Positions 13,266 through 25,584 are shown, counted from the stretch's first letter. The stretch is 64,000 bases of DNA from Lingula anatina (GCA_051362555.1 CM120642.1:372001-436000); one strand, 5' to 3'. Notes: generated by a model from the letters alone, not told the origin. Made by a program: numbers and translations.

Positions 13266-14049
13266 TTTATACCCTGACATTACCTCAGTATAAAAAAATG
13301 GCATGAAAACTGTCATGTGAAACTTTGGTTTGATCAAGGAGTTATAACAGAAGGAGATTACACGCGTGGGGGCGGAGCCCGTATTACGGTCTCTCATTGG
13401 TCGGAATGAATAGAACCCAGAGAACAATGGATGCCTATCTCTGTTACGCTTAATTGTTACTCTCGTTTAAATCTCGTTTGTTAGTATCTGTGCCTTCGTC
13501 TGTTGATTTTTGAGGACAGAAACAGAAACGGAGTCCCAAGTTTCTAAAAAATGAGAGAAATACAGAATTTATATGATATTACGTTGGACAAGGTTTTCAA
13601 AAAACAGGTAAGTGCTTTTAAATGCATAACTACACGAAATATGAAGATAAATTGCAACTTTTAAGTCGTAGGGTCTCACTGTGTAAGTGTCCAGCTACAC
13701 GTTGATCTCGCGAGGTGGTGTGTGGAGAATAAATATTGCACGAAAAATATTTCCCACTCATAACAAGTGCCTATAAATATAGTATCAGATGGAGAAAGTT
13801 TGGTCTTTATACAGTTGCAATTGTTAAGTAATTTGTGGCAATAGTAAAGAATAAAACTTAGGTGCACTTTCAGTAGCCTAATAACAAGCAGATGCTTAAG
13901 CCGCCATCTTGTTAATATTTCGAAAAAAAATTACTCCAAAAGACATTTTTCTCCTACTTTTTATGTACAGACACAGATGTGTCTGTACATATAGCCATCA
14001 TCTGCGTCTGTCGTCGCCGTCGCCGTCGCCGTCGTCGCCGTGCACTTTT

Positions 14050-14692
14050 ACCGATAACACGATAAGTGGAAAACTGTTTTTTCTTTTGGCTTGAAACTTA
14101 CAGAACTGATGAATATTCGTAATACGCAGGTCAAGTTCGAAAATCAGCATGATCGGGTCACTTATAGGGAATTTATGCTGTTTTTTCACTTTTTTCAGCA
14201 TATATGCAGCACCGATAACATGATAAGTGGAAAACCATTTTACCTTTTGGCTTGAAACTTACAGAACTGATGAATATTCATAATACGCAGGTCAAGTTCG
14301 AAAATCAGCATGATCGGGTCATTTTTAGGGAAGTTATGCTGTTTTTCACTTTTTTCACCATATATGCAACACTGATAACATGATAAGTGAAAAATCATTT
14401 TACCTTTTGGCTTGAAACTTGCAGAACTAATGAATATTCATATTACGCAGGTCAAGTTCGAAAATCAGCATTATCGGGTCATTTTTAGGGTAGTTATGCT
14501 GTTTTTCACTTTTTTCAGCATATATGCAGCACCGATAACATGATAAGTGGAAAACCATTTTACCTTTTGGTTTCAAACTTACAGAACTGATGAATATTCA
14601 TAATACGCAGGTCAAGTTTGAAAATCAGCATGATCGGGTCATTTTTAGGGAAGTTATGCTGTTTTTTCACTTTTTTCAGCATGTATGCAACA
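14050..14692. repeat. Tandem repeat, ~160-bp unit x4
   Basis: Units start ac(c/t)gataaca at ~14050, 14211, 14371 and 14531. Confidence 0.95.
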
Positions 14693-16164
14693 CCTTTGTG
14701 CCATATGATGGTACTGTATGGATGGCAGTCTATAAAATTGTCCCTTGGGTGATCACAAATTAAATTAAGGTCTATAAAGTCACTTGCCTACTCATTAATT
14801 TTCAATTGGCCATTAAATGAGATTACATAAAACACTCCTTGAGATTTCCCTGTAAAGTCCCATAGGTTTAGCTCTCTTAACTGTGTCACAAAATTAGGAT
14901 TTGGTGATAATTGTGCAGATAAATGGTGTTTAACATTGCAAATAAATTTACAACAAAAAGAATGTGTTATGCCAACGTGCTATAGATGAATAACAGTGCT
15001 TTATTTTTCTCAAACTTGGTGGGGTTATTAATATCAAGTTAATACAGCTAGATTAAAAGTTTGAATAGCAGCTTTATTGGAATTTTTTTTTACGTTTTAT
15101 TTAAAAAAAATTAAAAATTATTTTTCAAACACTAGCATCTTCAAGATGTGATTTTTTTACTCCCATCCACCAGAAGTGCTGTGCATTTTCTGTATTTTTG
15201 TATATAATTGTTATTTCTTCAGATTTAATTCTTAGGCATGTTAACAGTCTCATTATGGAACTAATAAGATATGTAAAAGTGTTGCTTTGACATTTTCTGC
15301 TTCTTAACAATATTGTTTGTTGATTATATAAAAATGACGGTAAACCTGTTATAATATTGTGCATTGTGTAATAAAGTATCATAAATGGAAAGGAACTCAT
15401 CATTGCAGTTTGTCAGATTTAATCATTCACTATGTTCAGCATCTGCAAATGGAGCAAATTGGACATTGAAATTTGTTCTATTGATATTTTTCCTATGTCA
15501 ACAATTTTCCTAGTTGAACATTTAAAAATGACAGTTTATTGATCATTTTGTTTTAAAAAAGGTGTTGAAAATGGAAAGAAAATCATTTCAGTACAGTTAT
15601 CTCGTTTACATTTTGGCATTTTGAAAGTGTGACTCTGAACTTCCATGGCCTTGAAGACCTTCCCAAATCACATTTTTTTATAAAAAATTTGATGGTCATT
15701 ATGCTGTTAAGTATTATGTTTTATTGCATGAAAGTTGAAGAAAACCCTATTTTGGACACTGCTGCCAGGATAGCAATTAAGGGAAAACCATGGTACTTAC
15801 GATACTGAAACTTACTGAAAAGTTTCATAAGACAGAAGTGCGCAGCTTGTGTTTGAAAACCAGTGTGATTGTTTTCTGTTTTGGAGGCAATGCAGGTTTA
15901 TAGAGTGCTATGCTGGCATTTTCAGGTTGTGACTTATCACTCCCATCTGCCAGGAGCCCTGTACTCTTACTTTGTAACATTTTCTGTATTTTGTTAAGTT
16001 ACAAGAATGATTCTTAGGATAGACATACAGCCAAAAAAAAAATAATAATAATTGTTATATATATATATATATTAATGAGTTTAAGCAATTTTTTTTTGTG
16101 TGTAATTTTCACTGTACCTCATTCTGGCATTTCCAAAGTTTAACTCTTATCAGCCTGACACCTT

Positions 16165-16385
16165 AGGGACTATTTCCAGACCCTATCACGCTAACTGTGG
16201 ATCGATCTATCTCCATGGGAATTCTCGCTAAATTGCAATCAATGTAAGTGGCTTAGTTGTCTGTCACGCCTACTGAAACTGGCATGCCAGAATCCTAAGA
16301 CTCTCGAACTGAAAGCAATTTAGTGAGAAAGCCCTTGGAGTTGGATTGATCCTGTTAGATTGATCTAGGTATGGGAACTTAGTCT
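16165..16385. mobile_element. MITE related to the 62976-63228 family
   Basis: Shares 'gatcgatctatctcca', 'ttctcgctaaattgc', 'tctgtcacgcctactgaa'; termini ttccagaccc / ggtatgggaac. Confidence 0.65.
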
Positions 16386-16640
16386 AATGCTTGATACACA
16401 TTTTACTTTCATCCTAACCCAATGTTTTGCAGAATAAGAATTTGATGTTGGCTATGCAGTTACAGTAAGCATAATACATTAGTTCATCAGAATTGACAGT
16501 ATCCTATTTCCTGCGTTTTTATTTTCTGGTTTTTGTCTGTACATTTGACAGCTTTGCTGCCTTGTTGAAACTTGTGTCACATGACAGTCATAAAATTTAA
16601 CTAATTGTTATGTGTGCAACACACTTGCTTGAGCAGTATT

Positions 16641-16674
<34 letters not shown>

Positions 16675-19600
16675 GATTTTACACGTGGTCTAGTTTGGAT
16701 ACGACAATTGACAATTTTCATGAGTTCCGATCAAAAAGTGTTACGCTTGTTACGGCCAAAAGCCTTACCGCTTTTTGTACTTTTGGCCTTTACCTTTTTC
16801 ATGTTTAAATCTAAAAAGACTTATCATGACAGTTGGTCATCATTTTTCTTCTCACCATGGTGGGTGGCTTTGGAGTGGAAACTTTGTTGTTAAAGTAAAG
16901 TGCTCAGTTTTTTTGACTGGAAAATTTTGCCTCCACCCAGCATTTTCCATCATGGCGGTCTAACAGGAAGTTTGACTTCACAGTGTCTTTGGTATAGTTA
17001 TTTTTAACTTATTTAGTCTTCTTTTTACATATATATGTTTTAATTCATATTAAACCTTTGAAAAAAGAACACACATGAATCCTGGTGCTTCTTAATTTAA
17101 AGTCTTAAGGTTTTAAGTTCACCTAGGCTCCACCAATTACTTTACCTGTTATCTCACTACACATCTCTCTTTGAGTCAAGGTGTGTAAGACACACCTTAT
17201 TGTGTTAGACACCTCTATAATTAAGGGGTACTTGCTTCTCTACTTAAATTATACTTCACTACTTTGGCATGTTAGGTGGCAAGCTTGGATGTTTCAGTTC
17301 ATTTTAAGAAAGAAGCTTTGCCTTGGTGGTTACAAAAGAATAGAACTCTATTAAGGTTTATTCATTACTTGAAATTAAATATTTCATCTTGTAGTGTTGA
17401 AACAGAAATTCTCTCAAAATTGATAATGAATTTGACATGCATATCTTAAAGATGCATACAAAGTCATTTTTTGTCACAAAAACCAACCAATGCCAGCATA
17501 TAGTTTCAAGTAGTATAACTAAGAGAATTACCAAAAGGCATTGTTTAATTTTACCTGAAAATGATGTTTGAAGGGATTTTTCTGCTGGCATTCTAAGCTG
17601 TATGTCAATGGGGCAGGAAAGTAGGTCACGAAAGTAGGTTAAATTTACAACCAAAAATTTAAAGAAAGGAGCAGTCTAAAGGTCTTTTATGGCTGATCGA
17701 GTGATCTATTCAGTTTATCCCTTGGCATGTCGAATTTATTTGAGTCATTTAAGAATCTAGTAGAAGTGGTTTACATGTACGTGTGTTACTGGGAATCCAC
17801 GCTCCACCGATGCTCGGTTCGTATGTACCTTTAACACTACTCAAGTTTTTTTTCTATTATAGATATGGGAGAAGGCTGCATTGAATATATGAATTATGGT
17901 CAGGCTGGAAAAAATTAAAATATGTCAATGAAAAAAGGAGGTCAGTGTGTCTGGGGTAAGTTACTTTTGTCATAATGCCTAAGATGCATTAAACATTCAC
18001 TAACAACAGTACCCTTTTTAATTTTTTTTCAAAATACAACAACCTTGGGCATTTTCCTTTTAGCAACCAGCCTCTCTGAAATCCCCTTTTTGTCCTGTCA
18101 GAAGAGTAGGAAGCAGGGCGGATTTAAATAATTTCTTCTAATAAGTACAATTTCTTTCAATTTCTTGGGGTTATTAGCTTGTGATCATGAATCTTGATGT
18201 TCTATATAAATTTAGTTGTAAATTGTTCATTTATGTGGTTTATGAAGACATATTAAACTTCACTGCGTAATTCCATAATGTCTACATGGATACTAGTAGT
18301 TCATAATGCTATTATTATGTTTTTTTTTTTTTGTTTTTTTTTCTAACCTACAGGTTTCTCTCTTTTCTGAGTGGCATGGCATTAGCAAGGCAGAAGAAAA
18401 GGCCCTGAAGAAATTCTCACTTGAGTTGTCCTTTTTGGAGAAGAAACTGGATAAGACTGGGCAACAGAGATTGCATTAAATTAATAGTGCTCCTTTATGA
18501 CATTTTAAAATATTTTCAGTCACCTAACTGACTCTATACATTGCAAAAGTGGACATAAATTTTATGTTACTGTTACGTGGAAAAAAATTTCAAAACCTAT
18601 ATATAAATTGTTGAGTGCCATGGTATAACAGTCTACCTGATTGCCAGTGAAATTTCTGTTTCAGTGAAATTTCTTTAAAGCAGTCACTAACTGCTTACTT
18701 ACCAGTTAATTTTTTCAGCTGTTACATTTTATAAATGTTCTTACTAAGTGTTGTCTTGATCTATAATAACCTTTTGAAAATCCCATGTTTTTTATCCTAT
18801 TTGTAAGAATTAACCACTTTATTTTCTAGGATTTTTTTTTCATTCGGCCCATTAGATTCTCAGACCTTGCTGGCCTGTAAGTGGAATAGTATCTGGCACA
18901 GACTGGTATCAGCAAGTCAGATAAAAAAGAATATAATTATTTCTATTTGCACGGTTGAAAAAAATGCCATCATAGACTGCATAAAACTGGAAAACTGTAG
19001 CAACTTAATCATTCTTATGACTTCATTTATTACTGCTTATGTGTAAAATTTTTGTTTTTGTTCTTCTATTGATATAATAAAATGGTTTTACTCACAGGTG
19101 CTACTTTCATGGGTATAGAGTATAGAGTGCTTGAGTATAGAGTTGACTTAAAAGATATTTTAAGTTAATATAGTAAATAATAGTTTGAAATTCAATATTC
19201 TCATCTTTATTTGTTTCACTTTAAAGAGCTCAGTGAATAATAAAATTTCTGATATATTTTGTACATAAATATATTTATGAATGAATAAAAATTATTCTTA
19301 ATGTATAGCACTGTGCACTTGTTTACCGACAAATATGAACAGTGTTAGTACGTGTCAAATAATCCTGAAAAAAAGGGAAATTTCCAAGATAAAGAAATTT
19401 ATAACGAGTATTCAGTAAACTGACGTGTCGTGGCATTGCCTCAAGCTTGGATTAAAATTTTAATTAAATGCATTATAATATTAAAATTATACCGAGTGAG
19501 AGAAAAAATACTTTAAGAAATTTAAAACCAGACACAAAGCGTAGGCACTGTCACAATGTATATGTTTATGGGACCCAAGGGCAGGAGGGTCCAAACGTTA

Positions 19601-20489
19601 ATGTATTAATATTATGTCCTTTGGCAGTGAGGACAGACGTTCACTTGAACGTCATTTTCACAAACCACAGTTGGGACGTTTTCTTTTGACTTCTCCTTGG
19701 TGATTTTTCACCGGGTTGTGCCATAAAAAGCCATCTATCACCGACTAAAAAAAGCTCATGGCGACCATCCTCAGTCACCACCTTATAATCGCTTTCTATG
19801 ATATCGTTCCCTTCCAGCACATCGTCCAAATAATTACCTGTGAAAAAAATCGTCAGCATACAGCGGCGCTTTGACATTACTGATCTCGAATTCTAACGCG
19901 AAATAACGCATATGAAATTTATCTCCAAGCTGAGGAGAGCGACGCGGACGAAACCTTGAGACCGGAGGCCCCCCGTAGCTAGCTCCGCCCACCGTAACAG
20001 ACATCGGACAATAGAAAGGCTTGCGTGTAATCTCCTTCTGTTATAACTCCTTGGTTTGATTTCACAGCAAGGTTAAAGCTGGTTTTAGTTTTACTTTGGT
20101 TTTAGAGTATTGTTATCGACATTGCTTAGACCTGAGTAAAACTAAAACCAGGTTTAAACCTGACTGTGAAGGGGTATTGAATGGTATATTACTTATGCAA
20201 ATAACAAAAAAGAGAACACTTTTACCAAATATCTCATTTTTATTATCACAATGCACTTGAACATATCTAAAAATGTTTAAAACATTGCATTTTAAAACAT
20301 GAATCAGAAATATCGTAAGGTACCTTGGAAAGATATTTCCAAGGCAACATCATTGGTTTTATTATGCAAAATAAAAATGTGAAACGAAATATTGAATTGG
20401 TTTTATTAATAGGCAAATATTAAAAAAAAAACGGTTTGGGCATTCCCTTCAAGGACTTGGTCCATTCTCCACTGTCTTGATTCAAACTT

Positions 20490-21110
20490 CAATCTGGTAG
20501 GTCTACTTCTAATTTTCTCTGCCATCTGGATCCAATATTTTGTTTCTCTCTCTATCATCACTGTACAGTTTTCACCTATAAAACAAGTAAAAAATTTAAT
20601 AGTCATGAAAATAATTATTAAAGTCATCATCAACACATCTATAACAGTGATTTATTTACATACATACATATTAGACTGATGACAAAACAGAAAATTGACA
20701 TGACTAGTCATATTTTTTTAACCGAAATCTACCTGGATACACAACAGAAAGATAATGAAGAAGAAACAAATGACAGATGCACTGATATTGACAGTGAGCT
20801 TGTACTAATTACCTGTACAGTGCACTAGCCCACCTCAGAGATTGTATCAGATAACTGCTTGAACCAGGTGACAAATTTATCTCCCCAATAAAAGACTCAG
20901 GTGAACATAATTACATAATGACCACATTAGGGTTTTGTATTTGGTCTTGTATTTAAGAAAATATCGTGTAGCATACCTTTTTATCAGCTCTTCTTTTTTG
21001 CCTGATGTGTGAGCATCCTACATTTTAACCAACTTTTCAACTCCGGCATCGTTGTCGCCTCAAATGGCTTGTTTAATATCGCCTGTCGGCATGTCTTATG
21101 CTTCCATCAT
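20490..21110 (-). pseudogene. SAP-domain ORF fragment (second gene of the ISL2EU element, spliced, decayed)
   Basis: Minus-strand translation AILNKPFEATTMPELKSWLKCR-(frameshift)-AHTSGKKEELIKR, then a GT donor at ~20976; next exon remnant KLYSDDRERNKILDPDG at ~20520-20575. Confidence 0.6.
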
Positions 21111-21442
21111 GTGTTCCTATCGCTGTCAACAACGCTTCCGGTATTATTTTGACCCCTGCAGTGCACAATTCCGGTCATGCGCATATCGCACCTTTCGAAT
21201 AATGCAAGTCGTATATAGGGCTGTAGGTTCACCGAAACGACCTCCCACCATTACTAGTGGGGTTGGCCGTCCCATGGCAGGGCCTAAAAGAATTTTTTTT
21301 TTTTTTTTTTTTTTTTTGGTAAAACACCAAGAGAACCCATGCAAAAGCAAACGCGTATTTAAAAAACGCTGTTTCCCAAAAGACATAATTTTAGGCCAGG
21401 CCTAAACAGACAGGAATAGGGACTCCCTTATTACAACGGTAT

Positions 21443-21853
21443 GTGTCGGATTCAGAATATGAAGAATCTCCGTTATCTTATAAAGATCGATCTATGCCTA
21501 GCAGCCATACCGAAAACTATACCGATTCTGATGTGTCTGACAGCATAGAATTGGCAAATAGTGGAGAATCGGAGCAAACCGAAATGTCAAACACAGAGTC
21601 AAAGGACAGCGAGTTGGAAAGCGGTGAAACTTCCAACGAGTCGGCTACAGAGACGGATTATAGTGAATCGGAAAATTACAAATATGGGAACAAATCCCTT
21701 GACCTTATTATTTACAATAATAACCATATCGAGAATGATCCAGTATACAAGGTGCTTTTACATTTCTTTCAAAACAGAAAGCAATACCCGTGGTTAACCT
21801 CCGTCGCCGGTATGCTATTCCTATCAAGATACCAGTTCAGAAAAAATAGTTAA
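21443..21853 (+). CDS. Acidic Ser/Glu-rich ORF inside the Polinton (function unknown, probably truncated)
   Basis: 136-codon ORF with a strong S/E/D bias just inside the right TIR; starts at GTG in the ORF track, so the true start is uncertain. Confidence 0.4.
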   Translation: MSDSEYEESPLSYKDRSMPSSHTENYTDSDVSDSIELANSGESEQTEMSNTESKDSELESGETSNESATETDYSESENYKYGNKSLDLIIYNNNHIENDPVYKVLLHFFQNRKQYPWLTSVAGMLFLSRYQFRKNS

Positions 21854-24329
21854 TAATCTGTTGTACAAGTTGATTAATTTTTCTTCTACCTCCTGAATAT
21901 TGCTATTTATAAAATATAACCCACAGTCTAAATGCGTAGCATATATTCTGATGATGGATATGTGCTTGTAAGCCCTTCAGTAAGTAAAACTACCTTGTCA
22001 ACAAACAAATATCGCCATTCATTATTGCTAAATAAGCAGCATGTTAGCTGACCGCTCTTTGTCCAATCAAAAGCTATTGTAAGTTATACGGAAGACAGAA
22101 CTCAGTGAGCTTCACTGTTGACACGCTCTATTGTAAGTTGTAGTTGCCCAAAATTTACTGTACAGGAAGCCCGCATGTGCGCTTAACTGTTTGGTGTGTA
22201 CACCATTAGACATATTTGATACGCCTGTTTGAGTACAAGAGCACTTGAGAGATCAAATATGGACTGTGTCCACTGCGTGTCTAAGCGTAACTGTTTGTAT
22301 ACACGCTTATTGAAGCAAACTTCAGTGCCAGCGCAGTTTTACCAATAAGATGAGACGAGACTGAAAATCAAAACAGACGAGATTTTCAAAAACAAAGAAA
22401 ATTATGTCATAAAATTTAAATACACATGAAAAATAAATACGACTTTAAAAAAGCATTGTTAGCCATAGTTACCCCTCCCTCAAAAACAAAAAATAAAAAA
22501 CAGACAGAAAAACAAACAGATAAACAAACAAACAGACAGACAGACAGACAGACAAACAAACAGACACACAAACAAACAAACAAACAATCCACACATTAGT
22601 CCACACGCCGATGGTAACCGTCGCGTTGGTTCCTTACTACTGTTCCTTTTTCTGAAAAAGTGGACCATTTACCATAAAACCTTCTTGCACCTAGATCAAT
22701 TTTGACCCAGAGCAGTCCTTTTCCTGATAAAAAGGATGGTTCGTTCAAATCGTTCAAAACTCCTTGGCTGTGGACCTGTGACCTGGCATTCAATTTTATC
22801 ATTATTTATTTTGTTAACGAACCTTTTCTAATGAATAAGTTAAGTTGTTGCTGCCATTTAGATTCAATAAAAATTAAGACCACAGTTCCATAACAGGCCA
22901 TATTACCCTTGCTGGTTTTCGTATTTTCAACAATCTAGCTAAGCAAATGTTTGCTGTCTTTTGCAGCTAACAGAAGGCACACATCCAACTCAGTTAACAT
23001 TTCTGAAATAATTATTTTTTCAGTGAATCCCAAAGTAATGCAAGGCAGCCAATGTATAATTCCATCTCGCAAGTAGTGGAAGTCTTCAATGTTGGTTTTC
23101 GGGCTGTACAGGCCAAAAATCTTGAAAAACGCAAAGCAGAGACACTGACAGAGGAGCTATGGTATAGAAGCCCATAAGCAGAGAGAGACTGGTTAGCTTA
23201 GTACAGGTGCCATAGTGACCATTTAAGGAAGACCATTTAACAAGATTATTTTCAAACTTACTGAAAGATTCAAAGGTCTGAAATATAGCCTGATTGGATT
23301 TTTTTATGGAAGTTATGTTGTTTTTGTGAAAGGTTCATTTTTCTCATACATGTATTGGTGTTTTCTTTGTGGGACTTAGAACTCACATGGGCATGAAACC
23401 ATATTTTTTTTGGATGGCCATGTTACATGAAGTAGATAATTTAAATTTGGTGATGATTTTCTACTTAATCATTAAAAATCCGACATAATATTGCATCAAG
23501 ATTGACAAAAAAAAACTGTTTTGTGCACTGCCATCATGAGTGCATAGAAAGGCAAACTGTGTTTTTTATTGTTTTGTAATTTACAAGAATGATTCGTAGA
23601 ATTGACATTCATTTAGACAAATAAAACATTAAAAACGAATTGCTGTTTTTATCCAATAATTGTTATACTATGTTAAAACCAGTATTTACCAAATGCAATT
23701 TTGAAATTGAGTGACCAAAAGTCTATTTTTTGAAAAATATTTTTAATTTTCCCCTCTCCCACCTCTGACAAAAATAAAAATTATTTGAGAAACAAGTAAT
23801 TTTTAAAAAAATCTGCCTTATACAAAACAGTTCTGTAGGCTTTGTCTCTTCGATTTCATTCCTTTGAAATAATCATATTCAAGTATTATATTAGAAAAAC
23901 GTACTGCCTAACAAATTGTTCATGCCAAGCAACCTATGTTTGTCTACCCTTTACGTAATCCACGCGGCTTTCAAACTGATAAAACATCCAACGCGCGTGT
24001 TTCTACCCAGGGTAACTAAAAAACAACTCAGCTAATTTACATCTTAACAACTGAGGAAGGTCACAAAAAAGTAACCAAAAAATTCGAGAACTTTCTCTAA
24101 TTGAATGAACTGAAGTCAGAACTCAATAAGAGATGTTTTCATTCACATGTACAGGTAAACAAAACTTCAGCTCAAAACTTGGCAATGGATGTATTTTTGA
24201 AAAAGAATAGCACCACCTTTTCAGGACTAATAATAACAGCAATCTGGGATGAACTGTTGGTCTTAAATTTTTGTCTGTTAGATAACACCATGCACTGTTA
24301 TATCCAAAAAAAGACGCTTTTGGTTATTT

Positions 24330-24885
24330 ATAATAATAATAATAATAATAATTTATTTGCCATAATTGCAACCCAGAGGTTGAAGTTTTACAATGTATCA
24401 TAAATAAAATCATAAGGTATTTAAAAGTAACTAAATATTATAATCTAAAAGACCAAAGCTTTAAAACAAGACTTATAAGACAATTTGGAGCAGTATTTTA
24501 CAAGAAATTTAAAAGACTGTGCATTATAAAGGATTATTTAAAACCGTTTTCACTCTTGGCATTAAAATTTTGTTGCTTACCCTGTGATTTCTTGGATTGT
24601 TTTCTTTAAACAGATGGTGTAACTTATTAAAATCCTTGATTTTTGTAAAATAGTTCTTAAATAAAACTTATCTTCTCTCCCTCAGAGAGGTGAGATTACT
24701 AGCCTGTAGGGCATCCTTGTAAGTATAAAATGGGTAAATAATTCTAAGAGCTCTCCTTTGAACAGATTCTAAGCATTCGCATTGTTCGGCTGTAAGACCA
24801 GACCCCCACACAGGGCATGCATATTCTAGGACTGATCTAATTATTGATTGATATATAACTATTAGATCCTCAGTGGCCAAAAAAT
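24330..24885 (-). mobile_element. 5'-truncated L2/CR1-group (Crack-like) LINE 3' end
   Basis: IYQSIIRSVLEYACPVWGSGL...LESVQRRALRII...LTSLRERR is a typical post-RT region; (TTA)n tail at ~24330-24352. Confidence 0.8.
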
Positions 24886-25584
24886 AAAGTATTGCATTTA
24901 GAAGACAGAGTGTCCACTGAACCCTTAGATATCTAGTGTCTTTAGATAAAGTATTCGTTAAAGTTGCTGTGGTGTTTATTTTACTTTCCAAATAAATGAA
25001 TAAAATAGCATTTCAATAGCTCTCTAGCAATAAAATGTCACTCATGCAACACTTAAAACATCCTTATATATACTCACAATTCTGCTTTACAAAAATTCTG
25101 CTTGTCAAAATCATTTGACAAAAAAGCTTTTTGTTTGAAAAAAATCATAACATTTTTAAGTTAGTAAGAAATAATACATGTAACAATTCTAAAATACAAA
25201 AAATCCACTTTCTGTAAAAAAAATTATATTTTCAATTTTCTTTTAATAAAAATATACATTTCTATTTTCACAATGCCAAAATTTACAGTCCAAAATTTTG
25301 TAAAACGCAAAATGCTTCTTTCTTAATTCATGAGCGCGATTTTGCAAAGCAAAAAGTTTGTGCAAATCTTGAAAAATTTGGCCCACCTCCTTTTACCATA
25401 AATAACAGACCTAAAGAAACAGTTAAGTAGTTCTCATACTTACAAATAATTTTTAAAAACACAGGATCTTTAAAATAAACAATGGAATACATCAATCCAA
25501 AAGCCATCAAATCTATGTTCGTATTAGAAGGGATGCTAAATTCTCAAGAAATTTCTTCACCCTTACTAACCATGAGACTTTTTG

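Larger units (their letters stand above)
13958..16566 (+). mobile_element. Helentron-associated non-autonomous element (HINE/DINE-1-like) with internal tandem array
   Basis: T-run then palindrome tatgtacagacac-agat-gtgtctgtacata, a (CGT/CGC) microsatellite, a central tandem array, and a 3' end tgtctgtacat + hairpin cagc-ttt-gctg + cttgtt. Confidence 0.7.
13335..20053. mobile_element. Non-autonomous P-element-like DNA transposon (6.7 kb)
   Basis: Perfect 31-bp TIR CAAGGAGTTATAACAGAAGGAGATTACACGC (13335-13365, 20023-20053); 7-bp TSD GTTTGAT (13328-13334, 20054-20060). CANRG termini and 7-8-bp TSDs fit the P superfamily. No transposase ORF. Confidence 0.85.
13270..20178. mobile_element. Small Harbinger-like MITE split by the P-like element
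   Basis: Left tataccct (~13270), right tgtgaaggggtatt (~20178); internal palindromic 'ggttttagttttact...agtaaaactaaaacc'. Confidence 0.4.
12419..21221. mobile_element. ISL2EU/PIF-Harbinger-superfamily DNA transposon, degenerate, two convergent genes
   Basis: 22-bp perfect inverted repeat TATATACGACTTGCATTATTCG at 12423-12444 and 21196-21217; THAP-transposase start on +, SAP-domain gene start on -. Confidence 0.75.
10656..22641 (+). mobile_element. Internally deleted Polinton/Maverick element
   Basis: ~340-460-bp diverged TIRs (10656-~10995 vs ~22178-22641) ending AGTGAGTAAGGAA / AGTAGTAAGGAA (AGT-repeat termini as in Polintons); contains a packaging ATPase pseudogene and an acidic ORF. Confidence 0.75.
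10629..22778. mobile_element. Short hAT-type MITE split by the Polinton insertion
   Basis: Left end caggcccgtagccag (10629) and right end ttggctgtggacctg (22778) are inverted; without the 10656-22641 insert the element is ~165 bp. Confidence 0.6.
9592..23820. mobile_element. Putative Academ-like DNA transposon relic (outermost element of the nested stack)
   Basis: Inverted ends ttaggcagtttttaaaataacttgtttctcaa (9592-) and ttgagaaacaagtaatttttaaaaaaatctgcctta (-23820); TAGG/TAAGG-type termini; decayed coding-like sequence at ~9900-10270 and ~22950-23290. No TSD confirmed. Confidence 0.45.
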
